DNA of 59,274 bases, the filler included, from Sphacelaria rigidula (Eukaryota): NCBI GenBank assembly GCA_964200075.2. It is 9 parts of 9 records of this genome, joined end to end, with 100 filler letters (N's around TTAATTAATTAA, not from the genome) between each part and the next. Parts side by side here need not be neighbours in the genome. Positions count along the whole stretch, not along the records: positions 46,181 to 52,677 come from CAXNAA020019729.1; positions 52,778 to 59,274 come from CAXNAA020019730.1; 7 more parts are not named here. One strand, 5' to 3'. The notes beneath the pieces were generated by a model. That model was not told where the DNA came from and ran no database searches. It saw only the letters and a list, made by a program, of their open reading frames with translations. A program made the position numbers and the translations under genes. Within the stretch, counting starts at the first letter, position 1. Every line of letters starts with the position of its first letter. Of this stretch, positions 46,988 through 59,274 are shown one piece after another.

Positions 46988-49900
46988 GGTGCTACTCGCC
47001 AAGCGCACGACGCTCCTTCCTTGACACCCTCGCGGTCTTAACCATCACCAGGCGGCGTCCTGGGGGTGGGGAAGGGGGGTTGCTATTCGCAGTCGTTTTT
47101 TTTTATGTGTGTATAGTCCCTGCCGTCAGCGAAGATACGGGGCGGGAAGCGGAGTGTTGTGGCGGGAAAGCGGGACGAATTCGGGGGCGCGGGTCATTCG
47201 TCTGTACTGTTTGCGCATACGCGCGGTTCCTCAAGCTGGGCTTTCGAGGGCTTTCTGTAAGACAAGATACATGATCAAAACCTATGGGGAAAACGGCAAC
47301 AGCGTCAGGAATCAATCATTACTGGCGGCAAGCAAACCCGCTACCCGTTGAGCCGCTTGTGTTGAAGTCATGGGGGCATTTTTATATCATCGATATGTTG
47401 TATATGCTTCAGGTTCTATTGTACACTTCCTTGTCTCACATCCCTGACAGCACCTTCAGTACATACGATATCGCCACTGAGCGTGAATTGCTGGAGTATT
47501 CTAGTAAAGCAATATAATGACCCAGAACCAGCCGATGCGTATCTGCTGCAATCCATGATAGATATAATCGCATTCGACAGATTTTCGTTCAGCATATTGC
47601 GACATCATGCATCCATTCCGCTAAGCTCTTTCTCCCAAAGCGCCAACACGGCCAGGAGAGGAGTTCCACAAAAGACACGCGACTACGAGTACGAACCGCT
47701 TGCACGGGCCACTCTGTTGTGCAGTTACTGGCACCCAGCAGTACAACCCACTATGCTGATTTCACTGTGGAGCAGAGATCCTACTGTAGAACGAAGTCGC
47801 ATGATGGATACAGCTGCCGCCGAAAACCAACAAGATTAGGATTGAAAATGTTGCACCAGTGCACAGCCATGGTGGATTGCAACTTGTCAAAGTCATGTAC
47901 CGCCCATGCCCCCGTGTATGGTGTATAACACCCCTGTGGTTAACAGCAACAAGGACAGGACATATTTCCTCCAGAAAACCGCCGCCCAAACGGTAACACA
48001 AGAAGGTTGCGTGGCTGCAGAAGCTTTGGTCGAGATTGTCCCACAAGGAAAACGGTTTTTGAAAGCGCTGCGCGGCCGTCACAATCGACGGAATCGATAA
48101 TCAACAGGCAGTGACAATATGCGGCGTAGGTTTCGCATCTTGCAGATGGACGGTGTAACTTCCGTACTCTCCACATGCAAGCCCACGCTTTCACTCTTTC
48201 TAGCCCAGCAACAACTTTGGAGTTTATAAAAGCAAACCAGAAGACGTTGACATACCCGGGCAGTTCAGCACACCTCACGCGACGTCCAGCTCTGGCAATC
48301 CTCTGCATTGCGCGGATAAATATGTCTCCATCACATTGGCCCAAGCTCTAGTTGGTCATACCCGTTGACAGAGTGTTTACACGCAATTTCTCAAACTGAT
48401 TCCCGCCGTTTCGGTCCATAATAGTATACTCAGTACAAAATGAATAGGTGGTACGAGCTACGATTTTTTTGCTGGCAACTCATGAATCATAGGTCTCGGG
48501 CGGTCAAACGGAGGGGTGTAAAGTGGTCAAGAGCATAGTCTGAATCCACCCAATATACTCGAGATGTCACGTAAAACTGCTGTGTTTCAAGCAGTAAATA
48601 CAGGCGGGAGCCCACCTGCGGTGCCTACGGGACGGGAAGATGATAACAACAAGGCCACGCCAGGCCAAAGGGCATGACAACGGTTTATGTTATATCTTTG
48701 TTCCAGGTCCCTGTACCCAGGAGCGCGTCTATACCGCGAACGGTTGGGATGAGAGGATCGATGGCCCACTAGTAGTTGTTCCCTCCTTTCATTTTCAGCT
48801 TTATCGCCTGATTTCTCCGGTATCGTATACGAGTATATATATAGTTTCCACTACGCTGACGATGTTTACGTAGTTACATTGGGCACGTCTATCTCTTGAC
48901 CACTGGCGAATGGATTCGTAGCGCATTAACTAATGCACGATGGCCAGTCAATCAACCAACCAGTAAATCGATAGCCTGGTTGAGACTTGTGTTTCTGGTC
49001 TACCAGCACTGCACTCTGTCAGCTGTATACACCAGGTTTGTCACGCAAGGAAGCACCGCATAGAAGTGAGTGTCTCGACAGGGGCTGCCGTATAAAAGGA
49101 GTAGTACAACAACAACAACAACGACAGTGTGATACGTCTCGTTACATAACACCGCGGTATCTATCGATAGGGGGCAGTTGTTTGCTATTCCTCATGATTG
49201 GCAGCAAATATCTCGTTCTCTCACCGATCAAAGGTGTAAGGCCCATTTCACCCATGCAGTTTCTGAAACTGTCAGCGTGATTGGTTCAAATCGTGATTTC
49301 GACACAAGACGAGCATTGTGCTAACGAGAACTTGCCGCGACTCGAAGATTTCTCCGCAACACTGTTATTTCTCTCTACGCGAGCACGGAAACCAAGAACA
49401 AAGTGCAATAAGGAGCAACAGACAAAGCAAATGGCGCAGTCTCTAACTAGCATGGACATTCCGTCGGTGGCCTGCGCGACGGATGCGTTCGGGGAGGACA
49501 AGGGCTTGCTAATTTGCCGTCCGGGCCGCAGGTACTCTGACTGCACTTCCGCCCGTGTTGATGCCGTGTGTGGACAAGCACGCTCGAGAGAAGAGAAAAA
49601 ACAGCCTGGTGTGTGTATGACAGCTGACAGCTGCATGTGGTGTCCCATGGGGAACGACGTGATGTATTCTACACCGGCAGGTGGATGTCTACATGATATA
49701 GAGTTTTCGCATTCATGAAAGAGGGGCTGATATCGATAGGTGATGCGCACACAGATCGGGTAAGGTGCGGCGGAATTATACGCTCACTTTCGTCCGTTCT
49801 TTTCACGTGAAGAACAGAGCATTTGCCGCTCATGACGCCATTTTTCAACGCATGCGGTGATATGCATCGACTTCCGGTGGAGGCAGCTCTTCCACTCACG

Positions 49901-50791
49901 GTGCAGTTACCGCAGTGGGCGACGAGCAGCTCTCGTGGTGTATCAATGTACAAGGCAGAAGAAGAAACAATCAATGTCCCGTGCTCATGAAGGGTGGCAG
50001 GTTCCCATTATTCCCAGCGTCCCTGATCATCGCACGTTGATTTTAATAACATGCGTAAACGTTGGTCCCCCCACATGAAGGAAAGAGGTGCAGCCGGGAC
50101 AAACAGTCCGAGCAGAAGCAAAACATAGCCCACACGTAGGTTTCCTGCTTATGTACAGCGCCCCGGCCTGTACCGCACGGTCTGATCGATCATTCGAGCA
50201 CTTTCATCATTTCTCACTGTCATGTCCATATCCGATACTGCATGAACCCCAACTCCAAAACAGCAAGACATCAATATAATGATGAACTTCCAACATCTCT
50301 CCTCAACACATATATTTATTTACATCAGGCATCAAATCTCAAACCTCGAGTTAGGGAATCGCCGAAGAGACTCCCGACGATCGACTCTTCATTAGTAAGA
50401 CCAACCTGTGCGGTGTGAATGAGTTTATCAAGGTACGTCGAGGAACTGATTCACGCAATCCTTCAATATCTGTTGTTTGCCGCACACGTGAATCCCACCG
50501 CCGGATTGACGCCTCTGTCGCCGTCGGCTTCGATTTTGAAGTTTACCTCTACGATATTCTTCTCGAGTCTCCTCCAGCAAATGTTAATCGTTCAGGTTTC
50601 CGTTTATTTACCTCGGGCACGTACCTTTTGAGACCACGACAGGAGTCGAAGCGAGCCAATCAATGTGCGACAACAACCCACGCCGATCAGTCGATCCCAT
50701 AGCGAGCAAGGAAACACATGATAATGTTTGAATACCACTTCAAGCGTTTAACGTGAACACTGTCGACTCAATTAATGAACCACCTCAACTA

Positions 50792-51694
50792 TAGTAGTCA
50801 GCATCACAAGTTTTCAGAATTCGTCGTCGTCCTTTTTTCTGAGTTTTTCTGGAGTGACGTTCTTCACTACTACTTGAAAGTGCTAGCGCCGATATATTTA
50901 GGGAGAAAGCGTAGGCCGCGCTCAAACTGCGATGCTCACGTTGGTGTTTTTGGGGCCATACGGACTTGATACCCCGTTTATCAGGAGGGTGTTATTGACC
51001 GTTTTTGGTTCAATATAAGCAGTTTTCCCGTTCTTCAGCGACGGAACGGTGAATACCCAGATGAATGAATTCTTATGAAATTCTTCACAATAACGATCGA
51101 GATCGTGTTTCCCTCCTATACTGCACAGACCTCAGTCTAGCATTTTCTGCGGATGGCCTATTTTCGCCTTTTTCGCATAACATTTTCCATGAGAACTTGA
51201 AAGGGCTAGCGTCGATAGTTTTGGCAAAATAAGCAAACCGTGCTCAAATCACAATCACCCAAGTTGGTGTCGCGGGGGCGATACCAGGTAAATACCCGTT
51301 TATCAGGAGGGTGTTATTGACAGTAAATGGTCCAAGAAACATAGTTTTCCTACTTTAGCGCAGTGACTAGGTGAGATTTCGAAAAAACAATCCTTTTCGA
51401 GTCATCATTTATATGATCCGGATCGAGTCGATCCACCGAAAATACCGAGAGGATAGAGCCTGGGGTGGTATTTTCGCAGGACCCCCGAAGATCGGTCAAG
51501 CCCGTCAGTCACTCATTATTGATCGCAGGTAATTTTTCTTTCATTATTTATCAAGAGATATAAAATATTTCCTGATGCCCATTTTTTGGCATCCAACAGT
51601 CCCTGTGATGAGTGGTGACAAGCGAAAAACAAATGGACAATCTTTGAGAAACCAAGAAAGTGCGGATTCTGCATACTTCTGACGCTGACTACTG
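50792..51694. mobile_element. Tc1/mariner-type non-autonomous element (903 bp)
   Basis: Imperfect TIR YAGTAGTCAGCRTCA...CAGAAT, TA flanks, and an internal duplication of CCCGTTTATCAGGAGGGTGTTATTGAC (about 50973 and 51295). Confidence 0.75.
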
Positions 51695-51718
51695 TAGTTG
51701 TCTGTGGATATCATCAGT

Positions 51719-51938
51719 GACTGCTGCCGAGATAGCCCCCCCCCCCCGAACCCGGAGGCGATGATCATAAACGCGTGCTGCACGACGCGACTCATTTGGG
51801 TGTTATAGCTTATTTCGGACTGCTACACGCCTCTCATGTGGGTGAAATCGCCGCAGACGAGCCCAATAGCGGGATCACAGCCGGTTTGTCGGACGGTCTC
51901 CGGTGCACTTTTTGTGGGGGGCTATCTCGGCATTAGTC
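51719..51938. mobile_element. MITE with GAC termini and 4-bp TSD (CAGT)
   Basis: TIR GACTnnTGCCGAGATAGCCCCC; CAGT at 51715-51718 and 51939-51942. Confidence 0.85.
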
Positions 51939-52299
51939 CAGTCATGTGCTCAGAATGTATGCCATTGTCAGGACTTTCCGCAATAATTTCACTATATCAC
52001 CGGGAAGCGAAGCCTGTGCCCTAAATCGTTCATGACGCCGGGTAACGAAGCATTGACACAATGAGATGCGACATTCTCCTGTGTACGCTGACGACCATAA
52101 CACAGGAGTTATTCAGAACCCACCTCTACTCCCGCGCATTACTTCAACATGAATGAGTGACGCATAATACCGCCGAAGTGCGAATCAGCACGACGACCAG
52201 TTTGTGAACGTTTGAAACTACAGCAAATAAGCACCATACAGCCTGGTACATATTTTCTCTAATTGATCTCATAAAGATGTCGGGTCACCTTGATTGATG

Positions 52300-52515
52300 C
52301 CATGACAGCCCCCTGAGAAAGGTGGCTGGCTGTAGGAGGCAGAGTTACCACATGGTTCAAAATGACAGACGGCGAGCACACTGAGCAGCTTGATATTCCC
52401 GTTCTTGCGATCGGTTTCGTCATCAATATCGCTCATATGATGTGCTTCATGCATTCTGAAATCAGCCATCATGCGCTATATGGCATTTTCCTTTTTTCTC
52501 GTTTTAGGTCGGCCA
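52300..52515 (-). mobile_element. Diverged inverted copy of the GAC-type MITE
   Basis: Reverse complement shares GCATGAAGC.CATCATATG.GCGA.ATTG with 8282-8531. Confidence 0.55.
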
Positions 52516-52677
52516 TTATTTCTTTCTGGGCTTTGGTTGTGTTGACTTTTTGATTACTTTTTTTTCCCGACTTAGTCTACTATGTCGTGATGTTCGACCC
52601 CCCCCCCCCCCCCCCCCCTCTTTTGTTTTCTTTTTTTTTTTACTGCGTTTTTTTGTTTTGTTTTTTTTTTGGCTGCT

Positions 52678-52777
52678 NNNNNNNNNNNNNNNNNNNNNNN
52701 NNNNNNNNNNNNNNNNNNNNNTTAATTAATTAANNNNNNNNNNNNNNNNNNNNNNNNNNNNNNNNNNNNNNNNNNNN
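52678..52777. other. Artificial contig linker
   Basis: N44-TTAATTAATTAA-N44. Confidence 0.98.
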
Positions 52778-52804
52778 GATATCGGAACGGTTTTTAATGT
52801 GAAG

Positions 52805-52847
<43 letters not shown>
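52805..52847. repeat. (CAA)n microsatellite
   Basis: Directly visible. Confidence 0.97.
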
Positions 52848-53324
52848 CTCCTGAAGGACGGCAACAAAAACGGCACAAGTCGACACCGACAACGGTTTTG
52901 ACATGAAAATAGTATTTGATTGAGCGCATCTTTGTCATATTTTCAATGCAATGGGTGAAACAAGAACTTTTTTTTGGCGGTACGGCGTCATTTTGACTGT
53001 GACCTGTGTCTGCCAACATGACGATTGAGGTAAAAAAATGCCGAAGGGCATCGGCTAGCCCTCATTTTTTTAAACTGTAACCAATGTCATGTGTTTTATG
53101 AATCTGCAAGGCCTGGAATTTCGTGTGCATGTTCATCCCTAGATCAAGCGTAGCGCTCTTCGTTTTCATGCAAATATGTAGCACCCGGAGACATAATGGC
53201 CGCCTCCCCGGGTTTGAAATGACGTGGAGAGCTGAACAACATTTTCAAGAGTGGTGCCACGATAGCCCCCGGCCAGAAGAGTAAAGAAAATGCCACTAAG
53301 AACTGGCCATACAGCGCACCAAGA

Positions 53325-53500
53325 TGATGGGTGGTTTCAGACACCAGATCTTGGAATGTATTCGAAGAATTCAGATGGCTGGTTCCAGAAACCAGGTCTT
53401 GGAATACATTTGAAGACTGCAGATATAGCTGGTATCAGAGACCAGTTCCCAGATTTTGTTTTGAAGAATGCAAATACAGCTGGTCTCAGAAACCAGGTCT
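53325..53500. repeat. 48-51-bp degenerate tandem repeat, about 3.5 units
   Basis: Recurring GCTGGTT.CAGA.ACCAG.TCTTGGAAT...TGAAGA. Confidence 0.7.
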
Positions 53501-54704
53501 AAATGCTTCACCTGTACGAGCTGGGCCAGCTTTAAAGCGGCCAAACGTTGTCCACACTACAGCTTTCCCAATTTCCCGAATTAACACGATGTAAGCATAT
53601 CACTGTGAAGCGCTGACCAACCTGATAACACACGGCACCGCTGCTGAATGAAGGAAAAAAATGAAAACATGTACTACATCATATATTACTTTAACGACGG
53701 ACGAAAAAAAGAGAGGAACTGTCGGGATTTGAACTCATAACCTCCATAATTGGAGTCTTCCGTCATTTGAATCATACGGGTGCAGCAGCGTCACGCAAAA
53801 CGTTGCACGCACGATCCAATTCGATGGCTTTTGAGCTGAAATTTCACGAAGATCTCCTGCACCCAAGGAAATGATACATCACGGGAGCAGCTGCAGATCC
53901 TCGTTTTTTTCCTGAACTTGTGATGATGTCTTGTTTTTCCTGAAATTTCAAATCCCATGACTTTCCTTTTTTTTCTCTGCTGCTCTCGTCATATTCTGCA
54001 CGTCGATCTTAATAAGCTGCTGCCAAAATTCAGTATCCAACTCCTAATTTTACGCTGTGCATCGCCTGAGTGAGAAAACTACCCACTGTTGGCTAGGCCA
54101 GCTCGTAGAGGTTTTCCTCGGTCTCCGTTACACTTTTCTGGGGAGGGCTACCACGGCATATCACTCTTGAGCGAGCGCCCGAACTGGACCTGCTTTGTTT
54201 TCGGGAGGATTGACCGCGTGCCCTTTGAGCGTCGTGCAAAACAAAATCATTTCGATCGCAGTCAATTAAGTCAATGTTCATCCCCTCGTACGTCTGTTAC
54301 GGGTAGTGTTGACGGTGTGAGTAGAGATGTTCTTGAAAAACGTGCGTAGGGTGCAGCATGTAATACTCCGACAGAGTTCATACGAGACCGGTCCAGCAGC
54401 GGATGCATGTTCGGCAACTAATACGAAGCATTACATTAGCCTGACGTATTCTTGGAGGCTTCACCTTGTGCCACCACTGCTCGTTCACTGAACGTGATTC
54501 TCGGCCTGATGTAATACACGTCTTGGACTCGCACGGTATGTGCTGAGGTGGTGTCAGCACACCGGGGTCCCGTCCACTGTTACGTGCTGGGTGTATCGCA
54601 CACCTTCCTATATTAAAGCCCTCTGACCGACTCACGCCTCCAAAAAATGCAAAAAGAAAGTAAAAGGGATGAAAAACCTACATTACTAAACAAACGCATG
54701 ATAC

Positions 54705-55059
54705 TGGTCGCCCCAGTGGCTTAGTTGGTAACCTCGAAACCTTCTAACGGTTGGATTGTGGGTTCAAATCTAGGAGCGATCTGGTATTTTTTCTCACAGC
54801 ATACCCAACAGTGGAGAGCGACTGTGTCGTGGGTACACAAAATTCGACTCAACGGTCGACGAGGGAAAGGGACTGCCGAACCCCTCTCGCGATAAAAACA
54901 ATATAATAAAGGCAAGCACCGCAGAAGGAAGGCAGAGTACTAAAAACAACCGAAAAATAAAAAAGTCCTATGTTGATCCTTCTCCTGTGTGACCTCGGCT
55001 GGTGCGCCCACATATACCGAAAAGTGTAGACCGGCGTCCAGAACAGATGGGACGACAAC
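54705..55059 (+). mobile_element. tRNA-derived SINE
   Basis: A box TGGCTTAGTTGG (54717-54728) and B box GGTTCAAATC (54761-54770), no complete cloverleaf; 3' boundary uncertain. Confidence 0.7.
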
Positions 55060-55488
55060 TCTGTACCCCAGCCCTTCACAACTCCACCCCCACCTAAAGG
55101 TGCAAGAAATGCGCGAGGACAGCGAGTGACAAAAGCACAAGCAACTGCCCCGGTTTAGCCATGGGCTCCATGGCAGATGCATTTCCGACGGCATGACCCA
55201 GACTACAACCGTACACTCCAAGATGCTGCGGCTCCTGCTCCCTTGCCATCGGTAGCTGAGGACAACTGACAGCGCCCAAGGAGGGAAGCTCTACGAGATG
55301 AACCACGGGCACCCAACAGACTGGACCAGAAGGGGAGACCGTAAGAGTTGAAGGGCGGGTAACCGATCGGCTAGGCTTAGGAGAAGAGGCCGTGAGCGTC
55401 GACCTATGGGCTGCCCAACCATCTCGCTCTTCCCTCGCCCCCAAATATTGAACGTGTCTGTACTAGAAGTAGGAGCGGTGCTCAATCT

Positions 55489-55560
55489 CGAAAGGGGGGC
55501 TTGGTCAATGGTCAAAGGGCTAATGCAAGCAACAAATGAGTACGCCTCCCACCCACCCCC
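55489..55560 (+). repeat. Poly(C)-ended module (M3)
   Basis: CGAAAGGG...TGGTCAATGGTCAAAGGGCTAATGCAAGCAACAAATGAGTACGCCTCCC. Confidence 0.85.
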
Positions 55561-55606
55561 GTTTGGTGTTGTCGAGTGTTTACTGGTGCTTGGTGGTAGC
55601 GATTAC

Positions 55607-55758
55607 CTCTTTATCCCATCGTGCCGCCCCTCGTGAAGCAATCTGTTCTGCTCTAGCGGCAGCGATAGCCCCCTTCTCCACGCGAGCCGCCACCCCTTGC
55701 CGCCGCTCTTGCGCTTTCTCGACCTCGACGCTCTCCTCCTCCATTGCTTCGTGCCCCG
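55607..55758 (-). CDS. Candidate internal exon of an unidentified host gene
   Basis: TAG/GTAAT-bounded, 152 bp; GHEAMEEESVEVEKAQERRQGVAARVEKGAIAAARAEQIASRGAARWDKE. Confidence 0.5.
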
Positions 55759-56409
55759 CTAGAAACTGAGGTTTTCAATGGAGCCCTCGTTTTGTTCAGC
55801 CCTGATTTTCCTGTACAATCCCCGGACGAACTGATTATCATTTTCCTTGATGAAACCTCTGCAAGGGACGGTGTTGACCCTCAAGCTGCTGATGGTGTAG
55901 CCAGCAGTCCGAAATGTGGCCCAATGATGCTCACATGCATCCCGCTTTCAAAAATATGTATATTTTCGTTTTTGGGATAAGTTGGTGCTGTAGGGAAGGA
56001 TATACCAATTCGTATTTTTGAATAACCATTGTCTCTTCAGGCGATTCAGGGCGATAATCTACCGACACATCTCCTTTCACACGAGCTGATACGAGCTGAG
56101 CCATTCTGAGAGCGAATCTGTAGGTTTCAGGCCCATTCTCACCTCAATTTTGAGAGATGGACTTCCAAATATGGTATAAGGAACCAACAAGGCATGATAT
56201 ATATATGTGTGTGTGTTGGAGCGTTTTGTACTTGTTTGTGAGTGAAGGGCAAACACAAATGCTTACTCCGTCCCGTAAGTCTGGTCGATTATGCTTGTAC
56301 GAGAACTCACCCGTATCCGATCTGATTTTTGATGTGTTTTTTTCGATTTCTCGGCTATTTTTTTTAGTTAGAAGTATATATATATACATATTTAAATATA
56401 TTGCAACCC

Positions 56410-57030
56410 ACTGTTGAATTATGCGGCCGAACGGCCGCAAAAAATTCAGTCGGTCCAAAAATGGCCGTATTTCGCCCCTTTCTCGGGGGCAAAAAAAGTG
56501 TCGGAAAAAAATAACTGATCGGTCGAGGAAATTTCCGGTCGTCTCGCCCACCTGATCGCAGATGAAGTCGATTCGGCGAAGCTTATTCTGAGCAGGGGGA
56601 AGGGAGGGTTTGATGCGGCGAGCCACCTTTGCCGCCCCTTCTTTCTTGAACCACCGCCGCACGGTCTCCGTACCGTAGTCCAGCCCGATGTATTTCTTCT
56701 GATCGGACACCTGCCGGAGCGTAAATGGCCAATTCCGCTTGTTGATGTTCTTTAGCGCTGCACTATTTATTTCTTGGCGTGAGGAGCGACGTGCGTCCAG
56801 TCCTTGTGTTGTTCGAAATGTTGACCTCCTGGGTAGCGTCGATCTGGGCTTCGGCGTTTTTCACAATTTCGCAAATCGGTCCCAGCGAGCCCTTGGGCAC
56901 CCTCACCTTACCCGGTGGAATAGCGAGCGCAACCTCTATCGCAGTCGCATAGCGGCGACCCAATTGCAGCTCGCCGCCCGTTCGGCACGGGCGGGGGGGG
57001 GGGTACTCAGGGACAAGCTCATCGTATTGT
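56410..57030 (-). pseudogene. Tc1/mariner-like transposase N-terminal half, catalytic domain deleted
   Basis: FTLRQVS...TETVRRWFKKEG...RRIKPSLPPAQNKLRRIDF (HTH and KPxL..NK..R..F region of mariner-like transposases), fused to the shared 3' block. Confidence 0.7.
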
Positions 57031-59274
57031 GATTTCAATGAGCTAGGTGTGGAATGTTTAACACGAACTCTCAAAAGAATTATCAAAATAGCTCCCATTC
57101 GAATTCTTTAAAAAAGAGGCCAATATGGGGTGTATTCTAAGCTGATGATATCGGCTTTTTTTGTTCCATCAGCTACGTATGCGCTTTTTTTTATTATAAA
57201 ACCCGAGTATAAGATCATCGTCAACACCGTTGCACCCAAACAAAAAGCCGCCCATAACCGACCAACCTTGTGAGACAGAGGAAGTGTCCATTTTTCACGA
57301 AAACATCGGTAGATCGTGAAAAAATCACATATCACCGTCCCAGAGTTATTTTTTATTATGCTCTGTTGACTCTTGATACTAAATATGAAAGACTACCTCT
57401 CAAAATTGAGGCAAAATGAGCAATTTAGAACCTTGGTCAATCAACATTCGGAACGGCATTCTGCAGGCCATTCACCAGTCCAGTTTTGGTACTTGTGCTT
57501 TGACATTTTGTGTGGAGAATCGGCAGGGCACAATAATGAACGATGTTTTCGTCAAATTGAGAGTTGAAGGTACGATTGAGAGTGAAAAGCGGTCAATTAG
57601 TAAATACGCCGTTTCCGTTCCGAAATGCACCTCCACCAGGCCCAATATTCTCAATGTCGCGTTGTAGCTTGCCACTGAGGCCCTCGATACCTCTGAGTAG
57701 GATATCAACGTGTGGCTGTAAGCACATAGCAGTCATGAGACGACGAAAAGCACACACGGAATGAAAAATTGGTCAAGTTAGAGCGAATGATCAAAGCCCC
57801 CCTCAATCCGCATCTAACTCTCAATCTCACGAAAATCTTGTTAATTAATGACAGAAAAACATTGAATATGTTGATTGAATAAATAAAAAATGAAGGCCCG
57901 GTCACTTTTGTTTCATTTGCAGTATGCCCTTGCGATTCTCCATACTCAATTTCAAATCACCAAGTCTAAGAAATTATGAGCTGAGAAACCGAGTTTAAAG
58001 GGGTCAAAAACAGTGCCCACTTCTCACGAAAATTTCCTCAACTCATGATAAAACAAAAATAAATCGAAAGTCCTTAGCGTTCTATTTTTATTTTGCCCCT
58101 CCAATACTCCATTCCAAATTTCAAAGTACAACTCTCAAAACTGAGACGCGAATTCCAGATTTGGTGCACTCAGTGTCTACTCGCAGTGTATCGAGGTAAA
58201 TATGGAATCTTATTTGCGTCATACTTCTAGATATATGGTGAATTAGGCGAAGGTAAATGGTATCGGTCGTTTCCATGTGCTCCATACAATGTCCACACCA
58301 AAAATCATCATCCCTCGTATACATTGCTCGGGTTTCATGTAGACTTTAGTGTAGAGCCTATCTGCGTACGGTGTAGGAATTACTCGACATGGTGTTTAGT
58401 CAGCGAGGAAATATCGGCTCAGACTTTTGAACAGATGGGTATCTCTCCCTTGGTCAGACGATTAATAATGTATGCGGATCACGGCCCAATTCGTCTATGC
58501 CGACGAGATATGGCCGTGAGAGCTTGAATCCGTTTTTAGGCTGACCGTGCTATAAGAGAGCTCCGGTAGGCCCCAAATGTCCAGCCGCATTCCTTATATA
58601 CTTATCGTCCCTCTGAGTTGCTTCAACGGCCAGCCTCGCCGCTTACGCGTTGATACAGGTGCGCAAGACACTGAGTAGGTAGACGAAAATGTTTCGAAAT
58701 GGAATCTAAACGCACCTGCAATAGTCGAACAGAAATCCATCTGCTCAAGACAAAACATGGCCAAAATGATGCGCACGCGCAACCCGGTTTCAGAGGTGTA
58801 CATGAAAATAAGTTTTTCTCATGCAAGCTGGCGTGAAGATAGAGATAATAAAAAGAAATGTCTCTCAATACCCTCATCTACCTCTGGCGCCACAGCTCTC
58901 ATTGAACGGCAGTTGTAAGTCTGATGGCTAGGAGTACGCGTCAGATCTCGGGGTCCTGCTGTCGCGCGGTGGGCTTACAGCAGCATCCCCACTTTCGCCC
59001 ACGGTGAAATTCATGGTGGAATGCTTGTCTCTGGTGTAGACGATGGAAGAGATCCTTCGGCCGTAGCTGGGCCACGATCTCGGCGCAGGCAAGGGTCGTA
59101 TTTATGATTCTTGTGTTGCAGCACGGAAGACAAAAAAGCGATAAAAAAATCCACTACAAAACGATTTAACAGGCCTACGGGAATAAAAAAGCAAGCAAGA
59201 GAGCGAGTGATACCCTGAAAAATGGGGGGGGGGGGGGGGGGAAAACCCCGGGTAGGACAAATAACCAGGACCCA

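Noticed and set aside
47100..50750. Short ORFs upstream of XPD as genes
   Set aside because: No recognisable motifs and no consistent exon chain.
53038..53058. Helitron 3' end (ATGCC-GAAG-GGCAT hairpin plus CTAG)
   Set aside because: The stem is short, spacing to CTAG is only 3 nt, it is not followed by T, and there is no second copy.
54705..54790. Functional tRNA gene
   Set aside because: A and B boxes are present, but there are no convincing acceptor or anticodon stems; it was called a SINE head.

Overview
This is eukaryotic, repeat-rich DNA, most likely from a brown alga or another stramenopile (inferred from short exons in long introns and from the TE types present). It is not one locus. 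Eight identical 100-bp linkers (N44-TTAATTAATTAA-N44) join nine size-sorted contigs, one of 6498 bp and eight of 6497 bp, so adjacency across linkers has no biological meaning. Host genes, which the ORF track largely misses: four or five spliced exons of a GT48 1,3-beta-glucan synthase (FKS1/callose synthase-like, minus strand, 40319-45542), the first coding exon of XPD/ERCC2 (46855-46987, minus), and a few orphan exons. Most of the rest is decayed or nested mobile DNA: an RTE-like LINE, Gypsy and Copia relics, two copies of one LTR, an intron-containing Sola-like transposase, mariner deletion derivatives, TA-flanked MITEs, MITEs with 4-bp TSDs, tRNA-derived SINE heads and minisatellites. The three most unusual signals are: (1) a shared hairpin-containing terminal module that ends in poly(C) and appears to have retrotransposed into a G-run; (2) two decayed paralogues of an unrecognised spliced gene followed by the same downstream sequence; (3) a Sola-like transposase together with a family of GAC/GAG-terminated MITEs with 4-bp TSDs. 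No CRISPR array, rRNA or intact tRNA gene was found.
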